Assembly: GCF_009914755.1 (NCBI RefSeq)
Contig: NC_060928.1
Length of the DNA stretch: 64,000 bases
Reading direction: 5' to 3' (one strand)
From: the human T2T-CHM13v2.0 reference genome, Homo sapiens
Below, piece by piece: positions 12,557 to 24,880 of the stretch (within the stretch, counting starts at the first letter, position 1; each line of letters opens with the position of its first letter). The notes below the pieces were generated by a model. That model ran no database searches and had not been told where the DNA came from. It saw only the letters and a program-made list of their open reading frames with translations. Made by a program: the position numbers and the translations under genes.

Positions 12557-13995
12557 ATAGCAATGAAAAAAGTTATACATTATTCAGGATTCCTCCACTC
12601 CCTTGATTTCAGAGGCAATTTCTCCTGTCAGGTTAATGTAGTGATACTAGATAACATGAGTAGAAAAGAAATTTGAAGCCACGTCAGAAAGTATCTCTCA
12701 TCACATACTACTAAAGAGCTGTGATTTAATTTGGTAAGCAAAAGTTAGTCATTTAAATTTAAAATGCTTTCCCTTTAAAGAATTTATCCAGCAGTCTCAA
12801 CACAACCTATGGACACCTATAGAAATAAAAAGTTAGCAATCATATTTCTGTTAAAAACAAAGACTGAGAGTACGTTTCAGAATATGGGAGGACAAATTTC
12901 CAGTAATGATAAAGGAGATGGATTGAAATCGGAAAGCACAATAATTGGAAAAATCTGTTGTTCTTCTGGAAACATCTGGCCCACCTACCTGAAAGTAGCT
13001 ATTCCTACTCCCTATCTATCTTCAAGGTTAGAAACATGAGTGTTTAACAATCTGGAAACTATCTAGTAGATGCCTTTTTCTTCAAAGGCTTTTTGAAAGA
13101 TATCTTCTTCCACGTATCATTCTCTTTCCTCACTATCACTTCCTGCTTCTGTGAGGGTAAAAACCCCACTCTTCAAGAGATAAATGAAAAGGAAACTCAA
13201 GGTGTTTCATTTCAGCATAGAAAGTATAGGCCTCCTAATTAAATCACCACAGGTGATTTAATCTATTATTATTGATAATAGCCATTTCACCAGGTGTGAG
13301 GTACCTCATTGTGGTTTAGATTTGCATTTCCCTGGAGATTAGTAATGCTGAGCAATTTTTTCATATACTTGTTAGCCACCATTTATGTGACTGCTTTGAA
13401 AAAAATGTATATTAGTTCCTTTGCCCATTTTAATTAGGTTGTTTGTTTTTTCTCTTAAGTTGTTCGAGTTACTTATGTATTTTCAATATTAACACCTTAT
13501 TAGATATATTTGCATACATTTTCTCCCATCTCATAAATTATCTCTTTAGTGATTGTTTCCTTTGCTGTGTAGAAGGTTTTCAGTTTGACTTAGTCTCACT
13601 TGTTTATTTTTGCTTCTGTTGTCTGAGTTTTTGGTGTCATAACCAAAGAATTACTTGCCCAGGCCAATGTCCTGGAGATATTTCTCTATGTTTTCTTCAA
13701 GTAGTTTTACAATTTCAGGTCTTATATTTAATTCTCGATTCCATTTTGGGTTGCCTATTGTACATAGTGTGAGATAAGGGTTCAATTTTATTCTTTTAAA
13801 TGTGAATATCCAGCTTTTCAAATGTCATTTTTATTGAAGAGATTGTACTTTCTCCATTGTATGTTCTTGGCACCTTTTCAAAGATCAATGGACCATAAAT
13901 GTGTGTATTTATTTCTAGGTTCTCTATTCTGTTCCATTAATATGTATGTCTGTTTTTATGCAAGTAAAACATTTTGATTACTATAGCTTTGTGTT

Positions 13996-14041
13996 ATTAC
14001 TTTTAATGGCAAAAGCCACAATTACTTTTGCACCAACCTAA
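13996..14041. mobile_element. Truncated MADE1 (Hsmar1-derived MITE), one TIR only
   Basis: attacttttaatggcaaaagccacaattacttttgcaccaacctaa is the spacer plus right TIR of MADE1, inserted within L1 ORF2 (ctatagctttgt|...|agtatactttgaaatc). Confidence 0.85.
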
Positions 14042-15814
14042 CAGTATACTTTGAAATCATATATCATGATGTTTCCAGGTTTTGTTTTTCTCAAGATTGC
14101 TTTGGCTACTCAGGGTCTTTTGTGGTTACATATTAATTTTATAACTGTTTTTTCTGTTTCTATTAAAAATGCCATTGGAATTTTGAATTAACTCTTTAAA
14201 TTCATGAACACTAGATATCTTTACATTTGTTTGTGTCTTTTTCAATTCCCTTCACTAATGTTTTATAGTTTTGAATCTACAGATCTTTCACCTCCTTGGT
14301 TAAACTTATTCCTTAGTATTTTGTTCTTATTGATACTATTATAAGTGGGATTGTTTTCATAACTTTATTTTCAGACACTTGGTTATTGATGTATAGAAAT
14401 GGTACTGATTTTTTTGTGTTGATTTTGTATCTTGCAACCTTATAGAATTGGTTTATTCTACCAGTTTTGGGGTTAAGTATTTAGAGTTTTTTATATATAA
14501 GATTATGTCACCTGCAAACAGACATGGTTTTACTTTTTTCTTTCTTATTTTAATGCATTTTATTACTTTTCTCATCCAATTGCTCTGGCGTAGACTTCCA
14601 ATACTGTACTGAATAGAAATAGTGAAAGTGGGCTATTCTTATGTTCCTGATCATAGAGGAGAAGCTTTCACTGAATATGATGTTAGCTCTAGGGTTGTCA
14701 CCTATGGCCTTTATTTTGCTGAGGCACCTTCTTTTTATACCTAATTTATTGAGGATTTATATCATGTAAGGATGTTGAATTTTGTCGAATGCTTTTTTTC
14801 TGCATCTATTGCTATGATCATATGATTTTTATTTTTTATTTCTTAATGTTGTATATCATGTCTACTGATTTGAATATGTTGAACCATACTTGAAATCCAA
14901 GGGTAACTCCCACTTGATCACAGTGTATGATCCTTTTAATGTGCTGTTGAAGTTGGTTTGCTAGTGTTTTACTGGGAATGTTTGAATCTCTATTCATCAG
15001 GGATATTGCAATGTAATTTTCTTTTCTCATAGTTTCCTTGTTTGGCTTTTATATTAGGGTAATGCTGGCCTTTTAAAATTTGTTTGGAAGTGTTCTCTCC
15101 AATTTCTAGGAAGAGTGTGAAAAGGACTGGTGTTAATTCTTCTTTAGATGTTTGGTGCAGTGCACAGTGAAGCCATTTGGCCTTGGATTTTTCTTTGTTG
15201 ACAAGATTTTCATTGATTCAATCTTGTTACTTAAATAGTTCCGTTCAGATTTTTTATTTTTTCATGATTCAATCTTGGTATGTTGCATGTTTCAAGGAAT
15301 TTATTCCTTTCTTCAATGTTATTCAATTGTTGGAGTATAATTATTCAAAGGGTCTCTTATGACCTCTTGTATTTCTGTGGTATTAGTTGTTATGCCTCCT
15401 TTTTCATTTTTAATTTTATTTGAGTATTTTCTCATTTTTTCTTAGTCGGGTTTAAAGTTTGTCCATTTTCCTTACTTTTTCAAAAACCCAAATGTTAGCT
15501 TTATTTATCCTTTCTATTATTTTCTAGACTTTATTTCATTTGTTTCTACTCTGATCTTTATTATTTTCTTCCTTCCGAAAACTTTGAGCTTAGTTTTTTC
15601 TTTTTTCTAGTTCCTTGCTGTGTAAACTTAAGTTGCTTATATGAGATTATTCTTCTTTCTTAATGTAACTGTTTAAACTTCCCTTTTAGAATTGCTTTTT
15701 CTACATTCCATAAGTTATGGTATGTTGTGTTTATATTTTTATTTGTCTCAACATTTTCTAAATTTCCTTTTGAATTTTTTATTTTATCCTTCGACGGTTA
15801 AAAATGTGTTATTT

Positions 15815-16115
15815 GGCCGGGCACAGTGGCTCATGCCTATAATCCCAGCACTTTGGGAGGCCGAGGCGGGCGGATCACGAGGTCAGGAGATCGAGACCAT
15901 CCTGGCTAACACGGTGAAACCTCATCTCACTAAAAATAGAAAAAAATAGCAGGGCGTGGTGGCGGGCGCCTGTAATCCCACCTACTTGGGAGGCTGAGGC
16001 AGGAGAATGGCATGAACCTGGGAGGTGGGGAGCTTGCAGTGAGCCGAAATCATGCCACTGCACTCCAGCCTGGGCAACAGAGCAAGATTTGTCTCAAAAA
16101 AAAAAAAAAAAAAAA
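15815..16115 (+). mobile_element. AluY inserted in L1
   Basis: AluY diagnostics (accatcctggctaacacgg, gagaatggcatgaacc, gagcttgcagtgagc); A20 tail; TSD core gtgttatt. Confidence 0.95.
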
Positions 16116-17815
16116 GTGTTATTCAATTTCCACATATTTGTAAATTTTCTGTTTTTCCTCTCCTGTTACTGATTTCAAGTTTCAAACCATTGTGTTCAGA
16201 AAAGATACTTGGTAAAATTTCAATCATATTAAAATTGTTAAGACTTATTTTCTGGCCTAATATATAATCTATCCTGGAAAATATTTCATGTGGGCTTGAA
16301 AAAAATGTATATTTTTCTGTTGTGGAATAAATGTTCTGTTTGTGTCCGTTAGGTTCAGTTGGTGTATAGTATTGTTCAACTTTCCTATTTCCTTATTAAT
16401 TTTTGGTCCGGATAATCAATCTTTTGTTGAAAGTAGGGTATTGAAGTCCCCTACTATTATTGCATTACTAGCAATTTTTTTCTTCAGATATTTATTTTAT
16501 ATATTTAAGTACTCCAATGTTGGGCACATGCATATTTATAATTGTTCTATTCTCTTGATGAATTGACCCCTTTATCATTACATAATGACCTTTTTTGTCT
16601 CTTTTTGACAAAACAGACCTTAAGTATAGCTACCCGTGTACTCTTTTGGTTTCCATTTGCATGAAATATCTTTTCCCATTCCTTCATCCTCAACCTATGT
16701 GTGCTGTTAAAGCTGAAGCAAATCTTTCGTAGGCAGCATATAGTTGGGTCTTTTATTTTATTTTGATGCAGTTTCAGAGAGACTGCCTTTTGAGGCAGAC
16801 CTGGATCCTGGTGTCTCAGGGGCTGGACTGGAGCCTGTCTGTGAATGCTCACAGTGCCAGGGTTCACTGGGACAGGCCTGGGGCTGGGGTCTGCAGTGAA
16901 GTTGGGTCTTCACTTCACTCTTCTTCTCATATACAAAGGGCATCTCTCTCCATACTGTGATGCCAGGACGTGGGGGAGTGGTGTAACAGGTAATGTGAAA
17001 CTGTCCTTCCTACCTTTTCAATGTGTCTTTTCTTATTTCTGTGCTCCACCCAGGTGCTGTAACCTCTCACTTGGATTACTTAGCCTTTGTGAAAGTATTT
17101 TTATGTGTGGATAGTTGTTCAAATTGATGTTTTTGTAAGGAAATGAGCTCTGAAAACTCCTCTTCCACTACCTTGTTGACATCATTCCTTCATAGTTGTT
17201 TTATACTCTGTGTCAGATAATTTCAATAGAAGTGTTTGTGAGTTTATTTTTATTCCCTGTTTTTTTGTTTTTCATTCACAGCGGATACCTTGTTTCTCCA
17301 TGTGTGCTTTGTTTGCTTTGACAGAAAATTATTTGTAAAATTATTTGGAAGTATAATTTGAGGTTCAGGATAATTATACATGCTGCTAGAGAGGATCTTT
17401 GTGGCTTCTTCCAGGCCTTTAGGAGGGTACCGATTCAGGATCAACTTATGTTCAAATCTTATGCTGTGGTAACCAAATGATGGAAGTTGCCTGGAACAAA
17501 GATTGATTTACTTCTGGTTTGCCCTTACTCTGAGAATATAGTTCTTTACAGTCTCATCTCAGAGTAGTTGTATAGGGGTGTTTCAAAATCTTTATCTTGG
17601 TAACCCCTAGGCTTCCCCCAATACCCACCCACCCTCCAACTCCATATCTTCCACCCACCCCCCCCCCAACCCCACTACACCCCCAGAAGCTTACCAAGCT
17701 AGTAAAACCATAGTTGAGTTTCACAGCTGATACTTCCAACTTCAGGGCAAAACACATTTGAACTCTTGGCTTCCCTCTCTAATTTCCTGACTTTTCTTAG
17801 GTTTGGGGTGAGTAA

Positions 17816-18122
<307 letters not shown>

Positions 18123-19539
18123 GAGGGTGGATATGTGTTTTTCTTAATTTTGGATGGCCAAATGTAACTTATCAACAGTTTTTTGTTTGTTTTCAGGGTT
18201 TTTATTTGCTTATTTTGGCTTTCATATTAACATTCCCTTCAGCTCTTTCAGCTATCTTCAGCAGGAGGATTTGGTTCTAATTGCCCAGCTTACTATTACC
18301 AAGGTGAAATCTCTTTTACGCTATAGTTGACAAAGAATCATTTACCAAATTTAAAGACATTTAAGTAATTATTTGTTCTATTGGATCGATTTTCTCCACA
18401 AAGACTCGTTATTTATATTCTTAGAACTTAATATGGGGATTACAAACAAAAGGATCCTTTTTCTTTCCTTAAGAACACAGTTTGAAGGAAAAAGCAATGC
18501 CCATTTTTCTGGCTAAAAAACTCAGTAATGATTTTCAGTACATTTGAAAATTCATATTGAACTCTAAGTATTTTTGTGCATGTGTTTTGCTATTTAATCG
18601 GTAGTAGCTGAAAAAAAATCCAATGGTTGCTATTATTTGTTAATACATTTCTCTCTGTAATATTATTTATTGAAAAACTATGACTATTTCTATTTAATGC
18701 TAATTCATATTTGTATCTGTCACTTCAAATGTGAAAAATGTCAGAGTGCTAGATAAAGCATTAAAATCATATTAGTATTTGTTATATAGCTTTGCAGAAT
18801 TCTCAGTGTTTTGCTTTCCATCTTTGTAGATTTTTAAATATTTTTCTAATTTTCTTCATTGAATTTGTATTACTTTTATAAGCAACTTTATTTTAAGTGT
18901 ATTGGCTTTGTACACAACTATATTACCATGACCACAACTATGTAAGCAGAAAATAAAATTTGGAAAACAAAAACTACAAATATTACTACTGCTTAACTCT
19001 ACATTGTGGGAATAGTAGTGCATATTTAAATACTTTCATGTTTCCAGATTTGTCTAAATGCACTTATTACTCCTTTAATTTACAATAATAAGTAACCAAA
19101 AATACATACAGAGCTATATGTACAATAACAATATATTTACAATTTTGCTTTAGGAAATTTTCTTTAATTTACAAGGGCATGGGAAGGAGTTACCTCAGAT
19201 AATCTTTCAAAACTGTGACATTATTTTATTTCAGAAGTATTGATTGCCAAAGGTACTGTGTGACTGCTGCATTGAAAAGGAAGTTCAGATACAAGATGCA
19301 GGGTAAAGATAGCTTTAGCAACACATGACAAATTCTTAAATTTAAATAGGAAGAGGGATTAGAGTTCTAAGGCGGCTTGAGGATAGGATGGCCATTCTAA
19401 GATAGGAATATGAAAAGTTGAGGCAGATTGGAAGGGTTGTGACTAGACCACACTTTGAATACTATTTATTTTTTAAGTTGTTTACTATTTCCAGGTGGAA
19501 GGAATTCATTAACCAGAACCCCTATTTTACACAAATAGT

Positions 19540-21678
19540 TGAATTCATTTGCTAGGGCTGTTATAACAAAGTACCACAGACTGGGTGGCTTAAACAACAG
19601 AACTTTATTTTTTCACAGTTCTAGAGGCTGGAAAGCCAAGACCAAGGTGTCAGTTGGGTGTGGTTTCTTCTGCAGCCTCTCTCTTTGGCTTGTAGATGGC
19701 TGCCTTCTCCCTTTGTCTTCACATGGTCCTACCTCTGTGTGTGTGCATCCCAGTTATCTCTTTGTGTGTCCAAATTTACTCTTCTTTTAAGGACACTCCT
19801 AGGACCAGTCTTAATACTCTCATTTTAACTTAATGACCTCTTTGAAAATCTTATCTTTAAATACTGTCACACTCTAAGATATTAAAGATTAGGGTTTCAA
19901 CATATGAATTTGGGAAAGGGGACACAAGCCCATAACATTCACCTTCTGGACCTCCAAAATTAACATCCTTCTCACGTGAAAAATACATTCTCCCCCCCAC
20001 TGCCAATTCCAACAGCCCAAAAGTCTCAAACAATTCCAACATCAATGCTAAATCCCAAATCTTATCTAAATATTATCTAAATTACTTGTGTATGAAACTG
20101 CAGATATTATTTTTTCTGAGAAAAAATTCCTCTCTGGCTGTGAACCTGTAAAACTAGACAACTTACCTGCATCCAAAATTCAGTGGGTGGGACAGGCATA
20201 AGATAAGTATTCACATTCTGAAAGGGAAACATCAGGAAAAAGGAAGAGGTCACTAGTTCCAAGCAAACTCAAAACTAGCAAGGCAAATTCCATCAAATTT
20301 TCAGGCCCAAGAATAATCCTCTTTAGCTCGATCTGTCCTCCAGGCTCACCAGGGTAGTAACCTTACCTATTGGGCCCACTGAGGTGACAACAGCGCCTCC
20401 ATGGCACTGGGTAGCAGCTGTGCCCTCTGAAACCCAGGAGGAGACAGCTCACCACACAGTACTAAAGTAGGAGTGGCAGCCTTGCTGATCTCAACATTGT
20501 CTTCAAGGTCATTCTTTCCTCTTCCTAAAGGATAATGCCTATCTGCAGCCAGATAGCTCTATTATCCCATCCTATAGAATCCAGGAAGTCCATTAGCTTT
20601 TCTTCATTTTGTTCCAACTCTATCCCTTTTAGTTCCAGCTGGTAGTGTTTTTTCTGTTATTAACCCACCTCTATTCCTCATTTTGGCTGAGACAGCTGAT
20701 TAGATCCACGAGTGAGACCTCTAATCTTTTTATCAAATGATTATTCAGCCACATCCTTGGTGTTCGGTCCAGATCATGCTTAACTTTGTAATATGGATAG
20801 GGTGATAATTTTCCACGTCTTTTAGTTTTGATTACTTTTTGCTTAATGATTTTGTTTTCAATTTATGTCTCTCCTCTTGTATTTACAATATGCTGTAAGA
20901 AGAAACCAGTACCCTCATTACTTTACACCTTCAATACTTTGCCTAGAAATCTTTTTAGCTAAATACCCTAGTTCAACACTTATAAATTCTAGCTTCCATA
21001 AAACACTAGAACACATTACAGCGAAGTTCTTTGCCACTCACTCTATAACAACAGTTTTCTTTCCTCTGGTATCCAATAACTTCCTCATTTCCATTTGAGG
21101 CTCACCAGAGGCACCTTTAGCATTCATAGTTCTACTAATAATTTCCCCAAGGCAATCTGGGCTTTTTCTAATATGCACCTAAAAAACTCTTCCAGCCTTC
21201 ATCTGTTACCCAGTTCCAAAGCCACTTTCACATTTTTAGGTATTTGTTACAGCAGCACCACACTTTCCGGTACCAAAATCTATATTAATTTGCTAGGGCT
21301 GCCATAGCAGAGGATCACAGACACCTGTCACAGGTATGACAACAGAAATTTATTTTTGCACTGTCCTGGAGGCTGAGATCAAGGGGTTGGCGTGCTTGGT
21401 TTCTTCAGAGGTCCCTCTCTTTGGCTTGCAGAGGATCTCCTTGCTGTTTCCTCACATATTCTTTCCTCTGGGTGTATACATCCCTGGTGTCTTTTGTGTG
21501 TCCAGACTTTCCCTTCTCTTAAGAATACCAGTCAAATTGGATTAGGGCCCTCCCTAATGGCCTAATTTTAGCTTAATCACCTCTTCAAAAGCCCTATCCC
21601 CAAAAGTCACATTTTGTGGTACTAAGGGTTAGAGCTTTAATATGTGAATTTTGGGAACACACAATTCAGCCTATAACA
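19540..21678 (-). mobile_element. Complete MaLR element: MLT1B/C-type LTR - internal - LTR
   Basis: Two related direct LTRs (19540-19937, 21281-21678), each tttgctagggctg...tataaca/cataaca, around a ~1.35-kb MaLR internal region ending ggtaccaaaatc; degenerate 5-bp TSD atagt/aaggt. Confidence 0.85.
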
Positions 21679-22082
21679 AAGGTAAATTTGATATACAAAA
21701 AAACTTTAAATAAATACTTGTATTCCCAACAGCTTTTCAGATATATTTTAATAGATTTTATATGTTCAAAAAAATATATAAGGAAAATTTAAAACTAGCT
21801 CTTTGGAAAATTCTCATGATTTAAACCAAATGACAAGAATAGAAAACGATAACTAAACTACATTCTCAATTTTCTTTAACATACTTAGACACATATTTTT
21901 ATGTACAAAGTAACAGAAAATATGAAAATAACAGTGATTATCACAAATTGATGAAATGACAGAGTACTTTTTTATTCTCCCTTATATTTTTCATGTTTTT
22001 TGGAATTATCTCACTGAGACATATCACTTATGTATTTAAATATATATATTTATATATAATTATTAAAGAGAGAGAGATTTCT

Positions 22083-22510
22083 ATCAGTATGAATCTTTGG
22101 TTGCAATCAACAGAAAACAACTTTGTATGATTTAGGCAAGAAAAGAACTTGTAAGAAGGCTATTCTGGTGCTTTAAAATTATAGAAGCTGCTAAACTACC
22201 AGGTTATACAAAGGTCTGGAGTTAGGGCAGCCCTGGGGAACTTGCTAACAGGAGCTGACTGGCAATTTTGCCAATGAGTTACAGCTGAGATGACTGATTT
22301 CTGATTGAATTTTCGATCATGACATGCCATTCTGTTCCAGATTTAGAGTCCTAGGAAGGGAACTGAATTTGGCTGACTTGAGTTTTACGCTCAGTCTTGG
22401 TGGTTGGGGGGACATTTTGGCTGACAGTTCCATTAAGATAGACACTTATTCAGAAGAGAGAATCCGCAAAATGAAATCAGAGTGAAGTTACCAAGGAAAG
22501 GGAGATCTAC
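22083..22510 (-). mobile_element. Very old ERVL-MaLR-type LTR fragment (MLT1J-O/LTR33-like)
   Basis: tctttggttgcaatcaacagaaaacaactttgtatgatttaggcaagaaaagaa resembles these LTR termini. Extent uncertain. Confidence 0.45.
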
Positions 22511-23101
22511 AACAATACATCATCGTACAGTAGCACTGTATGGCCTATTATATACGATATCTTCATCAATATTTTGTTTCATTTGAATATCTGCCATCAA
22601 AGATGAATTCTATTTAAGTATTTATCAGACATTTGAATCATTAAAAGTGTGTATATCATAGAGATTCTCTGCATTATTTCTTTTCTGAATCTATAATAAT
22701 CTCAAAATAAGAAGCTGTAAAGTGTCATATATTGTTTCTTGTTTTCTTACTCATTTAAAAATTATAACCTAAAATTTTTATGCTGTTTTCTGTTTAACCA
22801 AAATCAGATTCCACTCTTGGTGAGTTGATCAGGGTGTCAAGGTGGCAGTTTTAATAGTTTCACTTTTCCTTACAAGTTATTAGTACTACCCTCAAGGCAC
22901 ATCTTTAAATGGCCTGCAACTTTTTGGATGAAATATTGACTATTTTTTTTAAAACTTTACAATTATTTTTAATAACCACTTTAAAAATACATAATAGTGA
23001 TCTGTTTCTCATGTTGTACTTGTCAAAACTCTTCAATCCCCTCGTATGGTGCTTTAGAAAAATCCCTTGGAAAGTCTAAATAAATTACATGTACCCATTC
23101 T

Positions 23102-23342
23102 CTTTCATTTTCTTAAAAACATCCTAAGTATCTGAAATATCAGATATGGTTTATACCTACAAAACCATGAAAGCAACATTTTTCTCTATGCCTATAAAAA
23201 CCTAACTTGACTTTCAGCTTCATTTTCTTAATTTTCTTAAAACATTTTTCTAAGTACCTGCAACATCAGATATGGTTTATACCTACAAAACTATGAAAGC
23301 AACATTCTTTTCTATGAATATAAAAACCTAACGACTTCAGCT
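23102..23342. repeat. Tandem duplication of ~120 bp of unique sequence
   Basis: Two copies of ttttcttaaaa...ctaagta.ctg.aa.atcagatatggtttatacctacaaaac.atgaaagcaacatt...tataaaaacctaac..gactt.cagct. Confidence 0.9.
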
Positions 23343-24061
23343 ACTTTCCAAAGTACTGACATAGCTTCAATGATTTGAAATGCCCACAGCAACATAACTT
23401 TAACAGGTCATAAACTGGGATTTGGAACGGAAGCTTACTTTTCTCAAGTCTGTTTATCATGTGAAGTGATTATGGATATTAACTGAAAGAATGTATACTT
23501 TTTCAGAGTGCACTCTTTTTTTTTTTTTTTTTTTTTTAAGGAGTGGAGAGTTTAATAGGCAAGAAGGGGCAGGAAGGAAGGGAGAAGGAAGAAGCTCACC
23601 TGTACAGAGACAGAGGGAGCAGGGCTCTAAAGTCTAGAGAGAGAGTCCCACCTGCCACAGATACCAGCTAGGTATATATACAGAGGTTGGAGGGGGTGGT
23701 GTCTGATTTGCACAGGGCTCAGGGTATTGGTTTGACTAGGCATGTCATTCACGTAGCCCTAGGAAAATGCTGGCCCTCCCACCCTAGCCTTTTAATATGC
23801 AAATGCAGGGCACCATGATGTTCTACACACATGGGAATACATGGGGTTGGCCATGTTGACAGGAACAAGTGGGGAAAGGGCAAGAAGGCCACTGGAATGC
23901 CATGTTTGGGTAAACTCAATTTCTAGTTGCTGGCATTTGCATATCGACGGTTGCTGGCCTGGCTCTAAGAGCTGGGGCTTTACAAGAAACTTTCCTGGAG
24001 ATGCTTTTAAAAACGAAAACTTCCCAAGGACCCCCTTTTCCTCTCTATCTGTCTAATCTAA

Positions 24062-24372
<311 letters not shown>

Positions 24373-24530
24373 TAAAATAATTTCTTAATAACTCCCACAA
24401 CATTCCCCCCTGTGGAGATGCCACACTAACTGCTGTTAGTGGGTTTTGGGTGATGACTTCTTCTGGCTGCTTCCTGCTGAAAAGGGGCGTCGAATCGGGA
24501 ACAACAACTAGGGCTCCTCCTGGGGTTGAT

Positions 24531-24880
24531 CTAAGGGTCCTCAGAAGAATGGAGTGTCCATTTGTGGTTCAGTTTACAGCACCATTGGAGTTTGATTGCT
24601 TCTAGGTGAGCAGAAACAATCAAGTTATAGTATTGTGTATACAGGGTCCAAATATCAATACAAGACATATAAGCAAGAGAGGACTTAATAAAGGGTTTAA
24701 CCAATCCATAAAGAAGACTGGAATTTATTAAAGAGGGATTGTAGCCACTCGGGGCTGAAGCTGGTATTTTTCCTGAGCCTGTCAATAATTTTGATTTGAT
24801 TTTTAAGTACCTGTAGATTTTCCTTTACTTTACTAGAGGTGTTAATCCAAAAGCAGCATGTTTCATTTAAAACTGTATCA
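24531..24880 (-). pseudogene. env: Retroviral env TM/cytoplasmic tail remnant (frameshifted)
   Basis: VLNETCCFWINTSSKVKENLQVLKNQIKIIDRL (end of the CX6CC region) and SAHLEAIKLQ (gamma-type env tail) in overlapping minus ORFs just upstream of the PPT. Confidence 0.8.

Larger units (their letters stand above)
13265..17185 (-). mobile_element. Old L1M (L1MA/MB-type): ORF2 remnant plus 5' UTR piece, interrupted by MADE1 and AluY
   Basis: ORF2 peptides (KENYIAISLMNRDSNIPSKTLANQLQQHIKRIIHCDQVG; DPTICCL...HRLRMKEWEKIFHANGNQK). The GC-richer 16770-17185 segment resembles an antisense L1M 5' end. Confidence 0.85.

Noticed and set aside
11885-12560. Cluster of long GC-rich ORFs (up to 221 aa) and a CpG-island-like region
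   Set aside because: Entirely within LTR12C U3; stop-poor because of GC content; overlapping ORFs on both strands; not a gene.
17600-17690. C-rich tract (possible G-quadruplex on the minus strand)
   Set aside because: Low-complexity sequence with no promoter or other supporting context.
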